Positions 23,744-24,000 of a stretch of 24,000 nucleotides of DNA are shown here, piece by piece. Both the position numbers and the translations under genes were made by a program. Under the pieces are notes generated by a model, which saw nothing but the letters and a program-made list of their open reading frames with translations, was not told the origin of the DNA and ran no database searches. The stretch spans positions 2,628-26,627 of the forward strand of contig SHUZ01000017.1 in NCBI GenBank assembly GCA_009694415.1. The letters run 5' to 3'. This DNA comes from Acidimicrobiia bacterium (GTDB taxonomy: Bacteria > Actinomycetota > Acidimicrobiia > IMCC26256 > JAENVU01). How positions within the stretch are numbered: the first letter of the stretch is position 1; each line of letters opens with the position of its first letter.

Positions 23744-24000
23744 ACGACCACGAGTTCGCGCAGATCCGCGAAGCGAAGATCTCCGATGCCGCGCACCTCG
23801 CGCAGTTGTTCGACTTGATCGAACCCCCCGAGGCGTTCACGGGTGGCAATGATCGCCGCGGCCAGGGTGGGACCTATCCCTGGAAGTGTCTCGAGGTCGG
23901 CTTGAGTTGCTGTGTTGATGTTGATCGGTCCATCCAAAGTTCCGGAGGCCGAAGATGGGCTACTGGATCCGGGAGCAATCGGTGCGGGTTGGCCGACGCG
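23740..24000 (-). CDS. comEA: ComEA-family DNA-binding protein, C-terminal part (gene continues past the right window edge)
   Basis: The tandem helix-hairpin-helix motif is ININTATQADLETLPGIGPTLAAAIIATRERLGGFDQVEQLREVRGIGDLRFADL. The ORF-track start at 23937 is only a TTG. The same frame stays open with no stop up to base 24000 (…RVGQPAPIAPGSSSPSSASGTLDGP…), so the real start is outside the window. Confidence 0.8.
   Translation of the reverse strand, partial: RVGQPAPIAPGSSSPSSASGTLDGPININTATQADLETLPGIGPTLAAAIIATRERLGGFDQVEQLREVRGIGDLRFADLRELVVV

Noticed and set aside
1-24000. A search for mobile elements, CRISPR arrays, tRNA or rRNA genes, and defence or toxin-antitoxin modules.
   Set aside because: No spacer longer than 131 nt exists. 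I saw no repeat-spacer periodicity, no terminal inverted repeats, no transposase, integrase or nuclease-like ORFs, and no cloverleaf-sized non-coding gaps. The window is essentially saturated with housekeeping genes.

Overview
This window is GC-rich core chromosome, and nearly all of it is coded on the minus strand. The gene content and order look Gram-positive and most likely actinobacterial: hrcA-dnaJ without grpE-dnaK, a BldD-type regulator, and phoH-ybeY-corC-era. No GC value was computed and no database was searched; every call rests on motifs read from the translations.

Minus-strand genes, from right to left:
- comEA (partial), comEC, holA
- lepA, hemW, hrcA, dnaJ, rsmE
- a bldD-like regulator
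- phoH, ybeY, a CNNM/CBS/CorC protein, era
- a seven-gene respiratory operon: ctaC (CuA plus a fused cytochrome c domain), ctaD, ctaE, ctaF, ctaG, then two tandem type-1 blue-copper cupredoxins
- uppS, recO, glyQS, and a truncated J-domain-like gene that runs off the left edge

Only rpsT and one acyl-CoA dehydrogenase are on the plus strand. Many junctions are 0-8 nt gaps or overlaps (GTGA, ATGA, TAATG), which suggests long translationally coupled operons.

I see no tRNA, rRNA, CRISPR array, transposase, integrase, prophage, toxin-antitoxin or recognisable defence gene. I do not see a wholly novel multi-gene system here.

The items most worth follow-up:
1. The pair of membrane-tethered auracyanin/rusticyanin-spaced cupredoxins attached to a caa3-type oxidase operon. 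One of them has an unusual three-helix anchor and a Thr/Pro/Ser tail.
2. A BldD homologue that keeps the RxD-x8-RxxD c-di-GMP signature.
3. A perfect CIRCE-type operator that also encodes the last nine codons of hemW.
4. Two unrelated 14-nt tandem repeats in short intergenic regions. One of them carries two copies of the E. coli Chi octamer.
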